Source: OCS155 cluster bacterium AG-426-D23
GTDB lineage: Bacteria; Actinomycetota; Acidimicrobiia; Actinomarinales; Actinomarinaceae
Direction: 5' to 3'
Length of the DNA stretch: 64,000 nt
Assembly: GCA_003213165.1 (NCBI GenBank)
Contig: QCNO01000003.1
Location: forward strand, 21,009-85,008
In this document: positions 1 to 10,907 of the stretch, piece by piece
Position numbering within the stretch: position 1 is the first letter of the stretch
Layout: the number at the start of each line of letters is the position of its first letter
The notes under the pieces: model-generated
What the model was told of the DNA's origin: nothing
What the model saw: the letters and a program-made list of their open reading frames with translations, nothing else
Database searches by the model: none
Made by a program: the position numbers and the translations under genes

Positions 1-13
1 ATCTGAATTCAAT

Positions 14-319
14 TTACCAAGACGCTTTCTTTATTCCGGGTAGTTCTCCTTTAAGAGCTAAATCTCTAAACGTATTTCTGGACATACCAAACTTTCTCAG
101 ATTACCTCGAGGCCTTCCTGTAACTTCACACCTATTTCTATGTCTTGTTGGAGAAGCATCTCTTGGCATCTTAGCAATCTTTTTTTGGGCTTCTCTTTTT
201 TCATCATATGAAGTATTTGGGTCTTTAATAATTTTGAGAAGCTCTTGACGTCTATCGGAGTAAACACCTATCGTTCTTTTTCTTTGATTGTTTTTAACTA
301 TCTTGCTTGTTTTTGCCAT
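14..319 (-). CDS. rpsN: 30S ribosomal protein S14, long non-zinc (C-) form
   Basis: 101-aa ORF ending ...[39 protein letters not shown] (S14 signature). Lies directly downstream of rplE as in spc operons. Only one Cys, no CxxC pairs. Confidence 0.95.
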   Translation of the reverse strand: MAKTSKIVKNNQRKRTIGVYSDRRQELLKIIKDPNTSYDEKREAQKKIAKMPRDASPTRHRNRCEVTGRPRGNLRKFGMSRNTFRDLALKGELPGIKKASW

Positions 320-321
320 AA

Positions 322-867
322 TTAATTCTCCCTAAACGGAAATCCTAGCGATTGTAATAATACATAACCTTGGTTGTTATCGTTAGCAGAAGTACAAATA
401 GTAATATTCATACCTCTTATATCACGAACTTTATCATATTCAACTTCTGGAAAAACTAATTGCTCGTTGAGTCCGAGTGTATAATTCCCATTTCCATCAA
501 ATGATTTTTTATTAAAACCTCTAAAATCTCTAATTCTTGGCACAACTACTTGAACAAATCTGTCATAAAATTCCCACATACGATCACCGCGAAGTGTCAC
601 TGCTACACCAATTGGCATGCCTTCTCGTATTTTAAATCCCGCAATTGATTTTTTTGCTCGCCTAATTACTGGTTTTTGTCCTGATATAGCTGTTAACTCA
701 TCAATCATAGACTCAAGTGCTCTCCCATCCGTAGCAGCTTTACCATCACCAATGTTGATAATAATTTTATCTAGTGTTGGTATCTCATTTACATTATTAA
801 GGCTAAGTTGCTCCATAACTGAAGTTTTTAATTCAGCGTAAAATTGCTCTTTTAATCTTGGAATCAT
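322..867 (-). CDS. rplE: 50S ribosomal protein L5
   Basis: 181-aa ORF in the L24-L5-S14 position with a typical L5 sequence. Confidence 0.96.
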   Translation of the reverse strand: MIPRLKEQFYAELKTSVMEQLSLNNVNEIPTLDKIIINIGDGKAATDGRALESMIDELTAISGQKPVIRRAKKSIAGFKIREGMPIGVAVTLRGDRMWEFYDRFVQVVVPRIRDFRGFNKKSFDGNGNYTLGLNEQLVFPEVEYDKVRDIRGMNITICTSANDNNQGYVLLQSLGFPFREN

Positions 868-1166
868 ACTTCATCACCTGTTTGAGCTAGCACTCGATAC
901 TTTTTACCATTTTTATCAAATTTATAAGTTACTCTGCCTGACTTTTTCTTAACAACTAAAGCAACGTTTGAAACGTTTATTGGCATACTCTTGTCGATTA
1001 CACCACCCTGCATTGTTTGGCCTTGTGGTTTTTGATGTTTCTTTGTTATGTTCACACCTTCAACAAGAACAGTCCCTTTTTTTGGAAATGCTTGTAAAAC
1101 TTTTCCTTGTTTTCCTGAATCTTTACCTGATATTACTTTAACTAAGTCTCCTTTTTGAATTTTCAT
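864..1166 (-). CDS. rplX: 50S ribosomal protein L24
   Basis: 100-aa ORF with KOW-like N-terminus [23 protein letters not shown], between rplN and rplE. Confidence 0.95.
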   Translation of the reverse strand: MKIQKGDLVKVISGKDSGKQGKVLQAFPKKGTVLVEGVNITKKHQKPQGQTMQGGVIDKSMPINVSNVALVVKKKSGRVTYKFDKNGKKYRVLAQTGDEV

Positions 1167-1534
1167 TACAAAACCTCCGGCGCTAATGAAACTATTCTCA
1201 TAAATCGTTTTTCTCTAAGTTCACGACCAACTGGGCCAAAAATTCTTGTGCCCCTAGGTTGATCTTGCTCATTAATAATGACACAGGCGTTTTCATCAAA
1301 TCTTATATATGTACCATCTTTTCTTCTAGTTTCTTTTTTTGTTCGAACAACTACCGCGTTGACAATATCTCCTTTTTTTATTTGACCTCCTGGAATAGCA
1401 TCTTTTACTGTGGCAACGAAAACATCACCTAAGCCTGCATATCTAATTCTGGAACTACCTTTAACCTTTATACAAAGTACTTCTTTTGCACCTGAATTAT
1501 CAGCAACTTTTAGTCTTGACTCTTTCTGTATCAT
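1166..1534 (-). CDS. rplN: 50S ribosomal protein L14
   Basis: 122-aa ORF starting [18 protein letters not shown]..., the highly conserved L14 N-terminus. Confidence 0.97.
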   Translation of the reverse strand: MIQKESRLKVADNSGAKEVLCIKVKGSSRIRYAGLGDVFVATVKDAIPGGQIKKGDIVNAVVVRTKKETRRKDGTYIRFDENACVIINEQDQPRGTRIFGPVGRELREKRFMRIVSLAPEVL

Positions 1535-1794
1535 CTTGCTCTTTCTACAATTTCAGTAATTCTCCAACGCTTTGTTTTTGAATATGGCTTAGTTTCCATA
1601 ATTTTTACCGTGTCACCAATTTTTGCTTCAAAATTTTCATCATGCGCATGTAACTTTCGTGTCTTCTTTACGATTTTTTTATATTTTGGATGTGGAAATT
1701 GAATTTCAATTGAAACAGTGACTGTTTTTTCTCTTGAATCAGAAGTGACAATTCCAGTTCTAGTTTTTCTAAAAGATCTTGATTCTTCTACCAT
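1531..1794 (-). CDS. rpsQ: 30S ribosomal protein S17
   Basis: 87-aa ORF in the L29-S17-L14 position; ...[19 protein letters not shown]... is typical S17. Confidence 0.94.
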   Translation of the reverse strand: MVEESRSFRKTRTGIVTSDSREKTVTVSIEIQFPHPKYKKIVKKTRKLHAHDENFEAKIGDTVKIMETKPYSKTKRWRITEIVERAR

Positions 1795-2006
1795 TACTCA
1801 CCTTCCTCAACATTTTCAACACTAAGCTTTTCAGTCAAAACAGTATTTGCTTGAGCAATCTCTTTTCTAATTTTTTTAAATACAGAGGTGTCTTCTAATT
1901 GGCTTGTAGCTAAAGCAAACCTTGAATCCATAAGTTCTTTTTTGAGATCAACTATCTTATTTTTCAATTCAGTAACGGAAAGCTCTCTTAAATCATTCAC
2001 GCTCAT
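1794..2006 (-). CDS. rpmC: 50S ribosomal protein L29
   Basis: 70-aa helical ORF between rplP and rpsQ, with [20 protein letters not shown] typical of L29. Confidence 0.9.
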   Translation of the reverse strand: MSVNDLRELSVTELKNKIVDLKKELMDSRFALATSQLEDTSVFKKIRKEIAQANTVLTEKLSVENVEEGE

Positions 2007-2416
2007 AAGTTATCCCTTTTTACAAATTTAGTTTTCATTGGTAATTTATGACCAGCTTTTCTCATAGCTTCTCTTGCAACATCTTCTGGAACACCAGAAA
2101 TCTCAAAAATTATGCGACCAGGTTTTACTACAGCTACATAATATTCGACATTTCCCTTACCAGAGCCCATCCTTACCTCAGCAGGTTTTTGAGTTACAGG
2201 TTTATGAGGAAAAATGTTAATCCATACTTTTCCACCACGTTTCATGGTTCTAGTTATGGTAATTCTTGCAGCTTCTATCTGCCTTCCTGTGACATAGGAA
2301 GTTTCAACCGCTTGAATTCCATAGTCACCAAAATTTACAGTGTTCCCACCTTTAGAGTTTCCTTTTCTTCTTCCTCTATGAGATTTTCTGTATTTTGTCT
2401 TTTTAGGCATCAACAT
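2003..2416 (-). CDS. rplP: 50S ribosomal protein L16
   Basis: 137-aa ORF starting [16 protein letters not shown]..., the L16 signature. Confidence 0.97.
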   Translation of the reverse strand: MLMPKKTKYRKSHRGRRKGNSKGGNTVNFGDYGIQAVETSYVTGRQIEAARITITRTMKRGGKVWINIFPHKPVTQKPAEVRMGSGKGNVEYYVAVVKPGRIIFEISGVPEDVAREAMRKAGHKLPMKTKFVKRDNL

Positions 2417-2419
2417 AAT

Positions 2420-3319
2420 TTACTCTTCTTCTAAGATAGATTTTTCTTCTTCAAATTCAGCTTGAGCAGTTTCTTTTGTAATTTTTTTACCGCCACCAGC
2501 TTCAACTATATTTGAGGTTTTATCCTCTCCAGATTTTTTACCACCACCGGCTTCAAGTATCTTTGATTCTTTTTTCTCTCCCACTGCAGCTTCAGCTCTT
2601 GATTTAACTGATTTTACTCTTCCAGCTGCTGGGCCACCGCTAGCTAAATTGGCTTCAGCGGAAATTTTTTCTTGTCTTAACTTGTTTGAACCGACAACAT
2701 CACCTTTATAAACCCAAACTTTTACCCCAATTGCTCCTACTGTAGTATGCGCAGCTGCTCTTCCAAAATCTATATCGGCTCTTAGGGTATGTAATGGTAC
2801 TCTTCCTTCTCTATACCATTCTCTACGCCCCATTTCAGCACCACCGAGTCTACCTGAACACTCAACTCTGACTCCTTCAGCGCCTGCTTTAAGCGCTGCG
2901 GAAACAGCTCTTTTCATTGCTCTACGAAATGCAACTCTGTTTTCTAACTGATCTGCTATACCTCTTGCTAACAATTGCGCGTCTAACTCAGCTTCTCTGA
3001 TTTCAATAATATTTAATTTAACAGGTTGTTTTGAAAGCTTTTCAATACCTTTTCTAAGACGATCAGCTTCAACACCTTTTCTACCTATTACGACACCTGG
3101 TCTTGCAGTATGAATGTCAACTGTAAGGGTTCCTCCCTTATCTCTTCTTTCAATCTCAATTCTTGACACTGCAGCTTTTGGTAGTTCTTTTGAAAGCAAT
3201 TTTCTTATTTGATAATCTTGATTTACTAAGTCCTTGTAGTCTTTACTATTAAACCAACGAGACTTCCAATCGTTAACGATTCCAATTCTAAATGCATATG
3301 GATGAGTTTTCTGACCCAT
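2420..3319 (-). CDS. rpsC: 30S ribosomal protein S3 with long repeat-containing C-terminal tail
   Basis: 299-aa ORF starting [13 protein letters not shown]..., with KH and S3-C domains recognisable. The C-terminal ~70 aa is a low-complexity extension. Confidence 0.97.
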   Translation of the reverse strand: MGQKTHPYAFRIGIVNDWKSRWFNSKDYKDLVNQDYQIRKLLSKELPKAAVSRIEIERRDKGGTLTVDIHTARPGVVIGRKGVEADRLRKGIEKLSKQPVKLNIIEIREAELDAQLLARGIADQLENRVAFRRAMKRAVSAALKAGAEGVRVECSGRLGGAEMGRREWYREGRVPLHTLRADIDFGRAAAHTTVGAIGVKVWVYKGDVVGSNKLRQEKISAEANLASGGPAAGRVKSVKSRAEAAVGEKKESKILEAGGGKKSGEDKTSNIVEAGGGKKITKETAQAEFEEEKSILEEE

Positions 3320-3666
3320 TATTCACTCACACTTTCTAGTTCAATCAATAAATGAGATGTCCTCTTATTAATTCTTCCCGCTCTTCCTCTTGCTCTTGGT
3401 CTAAATCTTTTCAATGTAGGACCCTCATCAGCAATAGCTTTTGAAATGTATAAATCAGAAGCATTTAGATTATAGTTTGCTTCAGCATTAGATATAGCAC
3501 TTTCTAATACTTGTTTAATTTCAACTGCTGCTCTTCTTTTAGTAAACGTTAAAACATTTAAAGCTTCTTGAACTTCAAGACCCCTAATTAAATTAAGAAC
3601 TAACCTCATTTTATAAGGCGATTGTCTTATATATTTTCCTTGTGCTTTAACTGTTGTGTTTTCCAT
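3319..3666 (-). CDS. rplV: 50S ribosomal protein L22
   Basis: 115-aa ORF between rpsS and rpsC with a typical L22 sequence. Confidence 0.95.
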   Translation of the reverse strand: MENTTVKAQGKYIRQSPYKMRLVLNLIRGLEVQEALNVLTFTKRRAAVEIKQVLESAISNAEANYNLNASDLYISKAIADEGPTLKRFRPRARGRAGRINKRTSHLLIELESVSE

Positions 3667-3929
3667 TAGTTTTGTCCCGGATGTCCTTTGAAAGTTCTTG
3701 TTGGCGAAAATTCTCCCAGTTTATGACCAACCATTGCTTCAGTTATAAATACAGGTAGATGCTGTCTCCCATTATGAACTGCAATAGTAAGTCCGACCAT
3801 TTCAGGAACTACTGTTGATCTTCTGCTCCAAGTTTTAATAACAGATTTGTTGCCAGTATTTTGAGCATCTTCTACTTTTTTAAGCAGATGTTCATCTACA
3901 AATGGTCCTTTTCTTAAACTTCTAGCCAT
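3666..3929 (-). CDS. rpsS: 30S ribosomal protein S19
   Basis: The conserved S19 N-terminus [12 protein letters not shown]... starts at the ATG at 3929, 1 nt after the rplB stop. The longer tracked ORF (to 4067) would overlap rplB. Confidence 0.93.
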   Translation of the reverse strand: MARSLRKGPFVDEHLLKKVEDAQNTGNKSVIKTWSRRSTVVPEMVGLTIAVHNGRQHLPVFITEAMVGHKLGEFSPTRTFKGHPGQN

Positions 3930-3930
3930 G

Positions 3931-4764
3931 TTAATTTCTACCTTTTTGTGATCTGCCTCTAACAATTGATTTGTTGCTGTACTTTTTCTTTTTCCTAGTC
4001 TTCTTTTCTGGTTTACCCCATGGGCTAACAGGCACTCTACCACCAGAGGATTTGCCTTCTCCTCCACCTAAAGGATGGTCGACAGGGTTCATGGCAACAC
4101 CTCTTGTCTGTGGCCTAACCCCTTTCCATCTACTTCTGCCTGCTTTACCTAATTTTGTAAGTTCTGCCTCAGCATTTCCAACAATCCCTACAGTAGCTCT
4201 ACAATCCATTGGAACTGTTCTCATTTCTCCAGATGGTAAACGTAGCAGTGCTGTTTCACCTTCTTTGCTCATAAGCTGAACCGATGATCCAGCTGATCTA
4301 GCCATCTTAGCTCCACCACCAGGCCTCAATTCAACTGCATGCACAAAAGTACCTGCGGGTATATTTCTTAGTGGCAAGCAATTACCATCTTTAATATCTG
4401 CTTTTGGTCCTGACTCTACTCTGGAGTCAACGGATATGCCATCTGGTGCAATAATGTATGACTTTTCTCCATCAACATAGTGCAGGAGGGCAATTCTTGC
4501 ATTTCTATTTGGATCATATTCAATTCCAGCAACTCGTGCAGGGATGCCATCTTTAATTCTTTTGAAATCTATTACTCGATATTTTTGTTTGTGTCCTCCA
4601 CCTCTGTGCCTTGAAGTAATTCTTCCTTTGTTATTTCGACCACCAGATGATTTTTTTGACTCTAAAAGTGATTTTTCAGGTTTCTTTTTTGTAATATCTT
4701 TAAAATCTGTAGCAACCTGGCCACGCATTCCGGGAGTAACTGGTCTAATTTTCTTTGAACCCAT
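3931..4764 (-). CDS. rplB: 50S ribosomal protein L2
   Basis: 277-aa ORF with ...[15 protein letters not shown]... and ...[13 protein letters not shown]... L2 signatures. Confidence 0.97.
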   Translation of the reverse strand: MGSKKIRPVTPGMRGQVATDFKDITKKKPEKSLLESKKSSGGRNNKGRITSRHRGGGHKQKYRVIDFKRIKDGIPARVAGIEYDPNRNARIALLHYVDGEKSYIIAPDGISVDSRVESGPKADIKDGNCLPLRNIPAGTFVHAVELRPGGGAKMARSAGSSVQLMSKEGETALLRLPSGEMRTVPMDCRATVGIVGNAEAELTKLGKAGRSRWKGVRPQTRGVAMNPVDHPLGGGEGKSSGGRVPVSPWGKPEKKTRKKKKYSNKSIVRGRSQKGRN

Positions 4765-4766
4765 TT

Positions 4767-5054
4767 TTAAACTCCAAAAGCCTCAATAGTATCCCCTTCT
4801 GCGAGAGTAACTATTGCTATTTTTCTTGTACTTTGTTGGCCAATTACATATCCAAATCTTTTTTTCTTTCCTTTTCGATACATTGTGTTGACTCTTAAAA
4901 CTTTTACACCAAACATTTCTTCAACTGCCTTTTTAATTTGTGGTTTGTCTGTTTTTGGGTGAACAAAAAAGGAGTAAGAATTTGAATCAGAAATTCTATC
5001 ATATGATTTTTCTGATATAACTGGAGCGATTAAAACATCTTCTAAATATTTCAT
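4767..5054 (-). CDS. rplW: 50S ribosomal protein L23
   Basis: 95-aa ORF between rplD and rplB, L23-like. Confidence 0.93.
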   Translation of the reverse strand: MKYLEDVLIAPVISEKSYDRISDSNSYSFFVHPKTDKPQIKKAVEEMFGVKVLRVNTMYRKGKKKRFGYVIGQQSTRKIAIVTLAEGDTIEAFGV

Positions 5055-5674
5055 TATTCTTCACCTAAGAATTTTGAGATTGCATCAACAGAAAAAATTG
5101 TATCATCTGTCGAAATGATGTCGATAGCAGCCAGTTTTTTTACAGATACCAGTCTTGATTTTGGAATATTATTAAAGGATTTGTATAAATTTTCATCGTT
5201 ATCACTATAAATAAATGTAAAATTTCTTTCTATATTTAACTGATTTAGAGAAGCAACTGCTTGTTTGGTAGATGGTGTAGAAAAATCTGATCCATTAATT
5301 ACAAAAACCGAATCCTCTTTAATTCTTTGTGATATTGCCATATCCAGAGCTTTCTTTTTCATTTTTTTTGGAGTTCTGTCTTGATAAACTCTTGTACCAG
5401 GTCCATGAGCAACACCACCCCCCGCGAATTGTGGAGATCTCAGAGAACCTTGTCTAGCCCTGCCTGTTCCCTTTTGTGCCCAAGGTTTTGCACCTGTTCC
5501 AGATACCTGTGCACGTGTTTTAACACTTGCAGTATTATTCCTAAAATTAGTTCTGCTGCCTTTTACGACTTGATGAAGCAATCCAAGATTTATGTCTTCT
5601 AACTTGTTAAACGCATATTGTTTTTTTGAAACTTTATTATCGGATATATTTATGGTGTCCAGCTTTACAGTCAT
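5054..5674 (-). CDS. rplD: 50S ribosomal protein L4
   Basis: 206-aa ORF with ...KPWAQKGTGRARQGS..., the L4 motif. Confidence 0.94.
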   Translation of the reverse strand: MTVKLDTINISDNKVSKKQYAFNKLEDINLGLLHQVVKGSRTNFRNNTASVKTRAQVSGTGAKPWAQKGTGRARQGSLRSPQFAGGGVAHGPGTRVYQDRTPKKMKKKALDMAISQRIKEDSVFVINGSDFSTPSTKQAVASLNQLNIERNFTFIYSDNDENLYKSFNNIPKSRLVSVKKLAAIDIISTDDTIFSVDAISKFLGEE

Positions 5675-6303
5675 TAGTTAACCTTCACTGCACTTTGTAC
5701 TTGAACGATATTTCCTTTATTACCAGGGACAGATCCATTAACTAATAAATAATTTTTTTCTTCATTCAAACCTACGATTGTCACAGATTGCATAGTAGTT
5801 TTTTGATTTCCCATACGACCTGCCATTTTTTGTCCTTTAAAAACATGTCCAGGAAAAGATGCATTTCCAATCGAACCACCAGCTCTATGAACTTTATGCA
5901 CACCGTGACTAGCTTTTTGTCCAGAAAAGTTATGTCTTTTCATAACACCAGCAAAACCTTTACCTTTCGATATTCCAGTAATGTCTACTTTCTGGCCTAT
6001 CTCAAAAAAATCTTTAACATTGATTTTTGCTCCTGGATTTAATTCAGAGTCTTCATCAACTTTAACTTCATGTAAAACTTCTCCTGGTTCAACATCATAT
6101 TTTTTGTAGTGACTCTCAAGAGGTTTTGACATATTTTTCTTTTTACCAATAGTTAGTTGAACTGCACTATATCCGTCTTTTTCATTATTTTTAACTTGGA
6201 CAACTCTACAGTCTGACACATCTAAGACTGTAACCCCGAGGGATTTTGAATTTTCATCATAAATTTGAGTCATTCCAATTTTTTTTGCAATTAAAGTTTT
6301 CAT
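5674..6303 (-). CDS. rplC: 50S ribosomal protein L3
   Basis: 209-aa ORF starting [17 protein letters not shown]..., with ...[13 protein letters not shown]... Confidence 0.96.
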   Translation of the reverse strand: MKTLIAKKIGMTQIYDENSKSLGVTVLDVSDCRVVQVKNNEKDGYSAVQLTIGKKKNMSKPLESHYKKYDVEPGEVLHEVKVDEDSELNPGAKINVKDFFEIGQKVDITGISKGKGFAGVMKRHNFSGQKASHGVHKVHRAGGSIGNASFPGHVFKGQKMAGRMGNQKTTMQSVTIVGLNEEKNYLLVNGSVPGNKGNIVQVQSAVKVN

Positions 6304-6611
6304 AATTTAATTTCTACCTCTACACCAGCAGGTAAATCAAGTCTCATTAATGAATCTACAGTTTTTGGTGTTGGTTCTACAATATCAATCAAACGTTTAT
6401 GAATTCTCATTTCAAAGTGTTCTCTTGATTTTTTATCAACATGAGGTGATCTGATGACACAATATCTATGAATTTTTGTAGGTAGAGGAATTGGACCTTT
6501 TACCTTGGCCTGAGTTTTTATGACAGTTTCAGCAATTTTACGTGCAGACTCGTCTACGACATAATTGTCATATGCTTTTAGCTTTATTCTAATTTGCTGT
6601 TCTTTTGCCAT
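6300..6611 (-). CDS. rpsJ: 30S ribosomal protein S10
   Basis: 103-aa ORF starting [15 protein letters not shown]... and ending ...GVEVEIKL; first gene of the S10 operon. Confidence 0.97.
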   Translation of the reverse strand: MAKEQQIRIKLKAYDNYVVDESARKIAETVIKTQAKVKGPIPLPTKIHRYCVIRSPHVDKKSREHFEMRIHKRLIDIVEPTPKTVDSLMRLDLPAGVEVEIKL

Positions 6612-6620
6612 TTTTTCCTC

Positions 6621-6653
6621 AAAAAAAACCGGGAGTATGAATTCTACTCCCGG
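6621..6653 (-). terminator. Rho-independent terminator/attenuator between tuf and the S10 operon
   Basis: On the minus strand: CCGGGAGTA, a 7-nt loop, TACTCCCGG (perfect 9-bp stem), followed by T8. It starts 11 nt after the tuf stop. Confidence 0.6.
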
Positions 6654-6663
6654 TTAGTTTTTA

Positions 6664-7848
6664 TTACTCAATAACCTTTGTAACTTGTCCAGCTCCAACT
6701 GTTCTTCCGCCTTCTCTAATTGCGAACTTTACACCCTCTTCCATAGCAATTGGGGATATAAGCTCAACAGAGATAGCAACGTTGTCACCAGGCATGACCA
6801 TTTCAGTACCTTCTGAAAGACTGACTTCGCCGGTTACATCAGTTGTTCTGAAATAAAACTGAGGTCTATAACCTTTAAAGAATGGGTTGTGTCTACCACC
6901 CTCTTCTTTTGTAAGCACATAAACTTCAGCCTCAAATTTAGTATGTGGTGTGATTGAACCAGGTTTAGCAATAACTTGGCCTCTCTCAACATCATCTTTG
7001 TCTATACCTCTTAAAAGAAGTCCGACGTTGTCACCAGCTCTACCTTCATCAAGAAGTTTTCTAAACATCTCAACACCAGTGCATACTGATTTAGTTGTTT
7101 CCCTAATTCCAACAATCTCAACTTCTTCGTTAACGTTGACAATACCTTGTTCAATTCTTCCTGTAACAACAGTACCTCTACCAGTGATAGAGAACACATC
7201 CTCAACAGGCATCAAAAATGGTTTATCAACTATTCTTGTTGGCTCTTCGATGTAGGCGTCAACTTGATCCATTAATTCTTTAACAGCGTTTATGCCTTCT
7301 TCTTTACCCTCAAGAGCAGCGAGTGCTGAACCTTTTACTACTGGAACATCATCACCAGGAAAGTCATACTCGTTTAATAATTCTCTAACTTCCATTTCTA
7401 CAAGATCTAACAGCTCATCGTCATCAACTTGGTCAACTTTGTTAAGGAATACTGCAATAGCTGGTACACCAACTTGTCTCGCTAGTAGAACGTGTTCTCT
7501 AGTTTGTGGCATAGGACCATCTGCCGCAGATACAACCAAAATTGCTCCATCAACTTGTGCCGCACCTGTAATCATATTTTTAACATAATCAGCGTGACCA
7601 GGCATGTCTACGTGAGCATAATGTCTGTTTTCAGTTTCATACTCAACGTGAGCAATCTGGATAGTGATTCCTCTTTCCCTCTCTTCAGGGGCTTTGTCAA
7701 TATCTTCAAAAGCAGTAGCTTCACCACCGCTAGCATCTGATAAGACTTTTGTAATAGCGGCCGTCAATGTCGTTTTACCGTGGTCAATGTGTCCCATTGT
7801 ACCAACGTTCACATGAGGCTTGCTACGGTCAAATTTTTCCTTTGACAT
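6664..7848 (-). CDS. tuf: Elongation factor Tu
   Basis: 394-aa ORF with [18 protein letters not shown] and NKVD GTPase motifs. Confidence 0.98.
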   Translation of the reverse strand: MSKEKFDRSKPHVNVGTMGHIDHGKTTLTAAITKVLSDASGGEATAFEDIDKAPEERERGITIQIAHVEYETENRHYAHVDMPGHADYVKNMITGAAQVDGAILVVSAADGPMPQTREHVLLARQVGVPAIAVFLNKVDQVDDDELLDLVEMEVRELLNEYDFPGDDVPVVKGSALAALEGKEEGINAVKELMDQVDAYIEEPTRIVDKPFLMPVEDVFSITGRGTVVTGRIEQGIVNVNEEVEIVGIRETTKSVCTGVEMFRKLLDEGRAGDNVGLLLRGIDKDDVERGQVIAKPGSITPHTKFEAEVYVLTKEEGGRHNPFFKGYRPQFYFRTTDVTGEVSLSEGTEMVMPGDNVAISVELISPIAMEEGVKFAIREGGRTVGAGQVTKVIE

Positions 7849-7885
7849 ATTTTCTCCTTTTTTATAAATTTAAACCCTTTCAGGT

Positions 7886-9973
7886 TTAAACTTCTACCTC
7901 TACTCCACGAATACTCGCAGTTATTTCTTTAGTTATGCTGTCTGGTACGTCTTCATAACTATCAAACTGCATCGTAAATGTTGCACGGCCTTGTGTTCGG
8001 GAACGCAAATCAGTTGCGTATCCAAACATTTCTGATAACGGTACTTTAGCATTGACAACCTTTGCAGACCCTCTTTGCTCCATTTCAGCTATCTTGCCTC
8101 TTCTTGAGGAAAGATCTCCGACAACATCTCCCATAAAATCTTCAGGTGTTACTACTTCTACATTCATTACAGGTTCTAGTAGTTTAACTCCTGCCTTTTT
8201 TGCTCCATCTTTTAATGCCATGGAGCCAGCAATTTTAAAAGCCATTTCAGAGGAGTCTACATCATGATAAGTGCCGTCCTTTAGAGTTGCTTTTACATTT
8301 ACTAAAGGGTATCCAGCTAACACACCTGTTTCCATTGCAGCTTCTACACCAGCGTTGACAGAAGGAATATATTCTTTTGGAATCCTACCGCTTTTAATTA
8401 AATCTACAAACTCGTAACCATCTTCAATTGGCTCAAATTCCATAATGACGTGTCCATACTGACCTCTACCACCACTTTGACGGATATATTTTGCCTCAAC
8501 GTCTGTTTTCTTTTTAAGTGCTTCTCTATAGGCTACTTGAGGCTTACCAATATTAGCTTCAACCTTAAATTCTCGTTTAAGTCTGTCTACAAGTATGTCT
8601 AGATGTAACTCTCCCATACCAGAAATAATTGTTTGTCCTGTTTCTTCATCTGACTGAACTCTAAATGTCGGATCTTCTTCAGCAAGTTTTTGAAGTCCCT
8701 CTGAAAGCTTTTCTTCGTCTGCTTTAGATTTTGGCTCAATTGCTACAGATATTACAGGTTCTGGAAAAGTCATTGATTCTAATTGAATTAAGTCTGATGA
8801 TGCTGATAAGGTATCCCCCGTCTTGGCATTTTTGAGTCCTACGCCAGCAACAATATCTCCGGCACAAATGAAATCTATATCTTCTCTTGAATTAGAGTGC
8901 ATTCTTAGAATTCTTCCAAGCCTCTCTTCTTTACCTGTTGTTGTGTTAGTTACTTTATCTCCTTTATTAAGTGTTCCTGAATAAACTCTAAAGTAAGTCA
9001 ATTTACCAACATGTGGGTCGCTAACTACTTTAAATGCCAAGGCTGAGAATGGATCTTCGTCACTATGCTCTCTTACGAGTTCATTTTCTTCATCGCCAGG
9101 CTTAAATCCTGTAACAGCATCAATATCTAAAGGTGATGGAAGATAATCAACAACAGCATCTAATAAAAGTTGTACACCTTTATTCTTAAATGCACTACCA
9201 GCTAATACAGGTACAAATAATCCATCGAGTGTACCTTTTCTAATTGCTTTTTTAATATCTTCAACTGAAAGTTCTTCATCAGCAAAATATTTTTCTAAAA
9301 CATCATCATCGGCTTCAGCAACAATATCAAGCAACTCTTGTCTCTTTAACTGAGCTTCTTCTAATTTATCATCTGGTACATCAGAGATATCCCATTCTGT
9401 TCCATCATCTTTTGACCATGTATGGGCTTTCATTTCGACAAGATCGATCACACCTATAAAATCTGCTTCAGAACCTATTGGAATATGAAGTACTGCAGGC
9501 TTTGCTTCAAGCCTTTCAACAATAGATTGAACATCGAAATCAAAATCAGCACCAGTACGGTCTAATTTATTAACAAAACATATTCTTGGTACATTATATT
9601 TATCTGCTTGCCTCCATACTGTTTCAGACTGAGGCTCTACACCAGCAACTCCATCAAAAACTGCAACTGCCCCATCAAGCACTCTTAATGATCTTTCAAC
9701 TTCGACGGTAAAATCTACGTGTCCTGGAGTATCAATAATATTGATTGTGTGCTTGTTCCAAGAACATGTTGTTGCAGCAGAGGTAATAGTTATCCCTCTT
9801 TCTTGCTCCTGCTCCATCCAATCCATAACAGCAGCACCATCATGAACTTCTCCAATTTTGTAAGTTTTGCCTGTATAATATAAAATTCTTTCGGTCAATG
9901 TTGTTTTTCCAGCATCAATATGAGCCATGATTCCGATATTTCTTAAATTGTTTAATTCAACTTCTCTACTCAT
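7886..9973 (-). CDS. fusA: Elongation factor G
   Basis: 695-aa ORF with [23 protein letters not shown] and NKLD motifs, in the str operon position. Confidence 0.98.
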   Translation of the reverse strand: MSREVELNNLRNIGIMAHIDAGKTTLTERILYYTGKTYKIGEVHDGAAVMDWMEQEQERGITITSAATTCSWNKHTINIIDTPGHVDFTVEVERSLRVLDGAVAVFDGVAGVEPQSETVWRQADKYNVPRICFVNKLDRTGADFDFDVQSIVERLEAKPAVLHIPIGSEADFIGVIDLVEMKAHTWSKDDGTEWDISDVPDDKLEEAQLKRQELLDIVAEADDDVLEKYFADEELSVEDIKKAIRKGTLDGLFVPVLAGSAFKNKGVQLLLDAVVDYLPSPLDIDAVTGFKPGDEENELVREHSDEDPFSALAFKVVSDPHVGKLTYFRVYSGTLNKGDKVTNTTTGKEERLGRILRMHSNSREDIDFICAGDIVAGVGLKNAKTGDTLSASSDLIQLESMTFPEPVISVAIEPKSKADEEKLSEGLQKLAEEDPTFRVQSDEETGQTIISGMGELHLDILVDRLKREFKVEANIGKPQVAYREALKKKTDVEAKYIRQSGGRGQYGHVIMEFEPIEDGYEFVDLIKSGRIPKEYIPSVNAGVEAAMETGVLAGYPLVNVKATLKDGTYHDVDSSEMAFKIAGSMALKDGAKKAGVKLLEPVMNVEVVTPEDFMGDVVGDLSSRRGKIAEMEQRGSAKVVNAKVPLSEMFGYATDLRSRTQGRATFTMQFDSYEDVPDSITKEITASIRGVEVEV

Positions 9974-9976
9974 TCT

Positions 9977-10444
9977 TTACCACCTGTAATGAGCAAATGC
10001 TCTATTTGATTCAGCCATTTTGTGTACGTCTTCTCTTTTTTTAACTGAGGCACCAGTTTTGTTACTAGCATCAAGTATCTCTTTACCAAGACGCTCTGAC
10101 ATGGTCTTTTCACCTCTTTTTCTTGATGAATCAACAATCCATCGGATCGCAAGAGTTGTACTCCTTCTATTTGGAACTTCCATCGGTACTTGATAGTTTG
10201 TTCCGCCTACTCTTCTTGATTTAGTCTCTATTTGAGGTTTAACATTTTCAAAGGCATCTTTTAAGACATCCATAGCGTCGGATCCTGCTTGTTTTTGAAC
10301 TAGTTCTAGAGCGCCATAAACTATACCGCTAGCTAAATCTTTTTTACCATCTAAAAGAACTTGATTTATTATTTGAGATACTAAAACACTGTTGTATATG
10401 GGGTCCGGTTCAGCTTTTCTTTTTAGTGACGGTCCTCTTCTCAT
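9977..10444 (-). CDS. rpsG: 30S ribosomal protein S7
   Basis: 155-aa ORF starting [19 protein letters not shown]... and ending ...AFAHYRW. Confidence 0.97.
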   Translation of the reverse strand: MRRGPSLKRKAEPDPIYNSVLVSQIINQVLLDGKKDLASGIVYGALELVQKQAGSDAMDVLKDAFENVKPQIETKSRRVGGTNYQVPMEVPNRRSTTLAIRWIVDSSRKRGEKTMSERLGKEILDASNKTGASVKKREDVHKMAESNRAFAHYRW

Positions 10445-10447
10445 AAC

Positions 10448-10816
10448 TTAACCTTTTTTACTACCGTACCTAGATCTTGCTTGTTGTCTATCAGTAACAC
10501 CGGCTGTGTCTAATGCACCTCTGATAACTTTGTATCTAACACCAGGAAGATCTTTAACTCTTCCTCCTCTTACTAGTACAATTGAATGCTCTTGCAAATT
10601 GTGCCCTTCTCCAGGTATATAAGCTGTTACCTCAGTACCTGTAGAAAGTCTAACTCTACATACTTTTCTCAGTGCGGAGTTTGGTTTTTTAGGCGTCACT
10701 GTATATACACGAGTACAAACACCTCTTCTCTGAGGTGATCCTTTTAGTCCAGGTGTCTTTTCCTTTGACACTTTGGACTTTCTTCCTTTTCTGACCAACT
10801 GTTGTATAGTAGGCAT
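10448..10816 (-). CDS. rpsL: 30S ribosomal protein S12
   Basis: 122-aa ORF starting [12 protein letters not shown]..., with ...[10 protein letters not shown]... Confidence 0.98.
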   Translation of the reverse strand: MPTIQQLVRKGRKSKVSKEKTPGLKGSPQRRGVCTRVYTVTPKKPNSALRKVCRVRLSTGTEVTAYIPGEGHNLQEHSIVLVRGGRVKDLPGVRYKVIRGALDTAGVTDRQQARSRYGSKKG

Positions 10817-10861
10817 AAATTATCCAATCAATTTTTTGTATTATTGGCTTACCGAAAAAGT

Positions 10862-10890
10862 AGTATATGACGAATTTAAACTTACAACAA
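10862..10890 (-). promoter_or_regulatory. Candidate sigma-70-type promoter for rpsL-rpsG-fusA-tuf
   Basis: Minus strand reads TTGTTG, 17 nt, TATACT in the rpoC-rpsL gap. Pattern match only. Confidence 0.25.
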
Positions 10891-10907
10891 CCCTTATTTA
10901 TAGGTTT

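Noticed and set aside
3930-4067. N-terminal 46-codon extension of the rpsS ORF (tracked as 3666-4067)
   Set aside because: The extension overlaps the 3' end of rplB in another frame. The universally conserved S19 N-terminus [10 protein letters not shown] begins at 3929, right after the rplB stop.
9970-10152. 60-aa minus-strand ORF overlapping rpsG
   Set aside because: It is an alternative frame inside the S7 gene with no independent signal.
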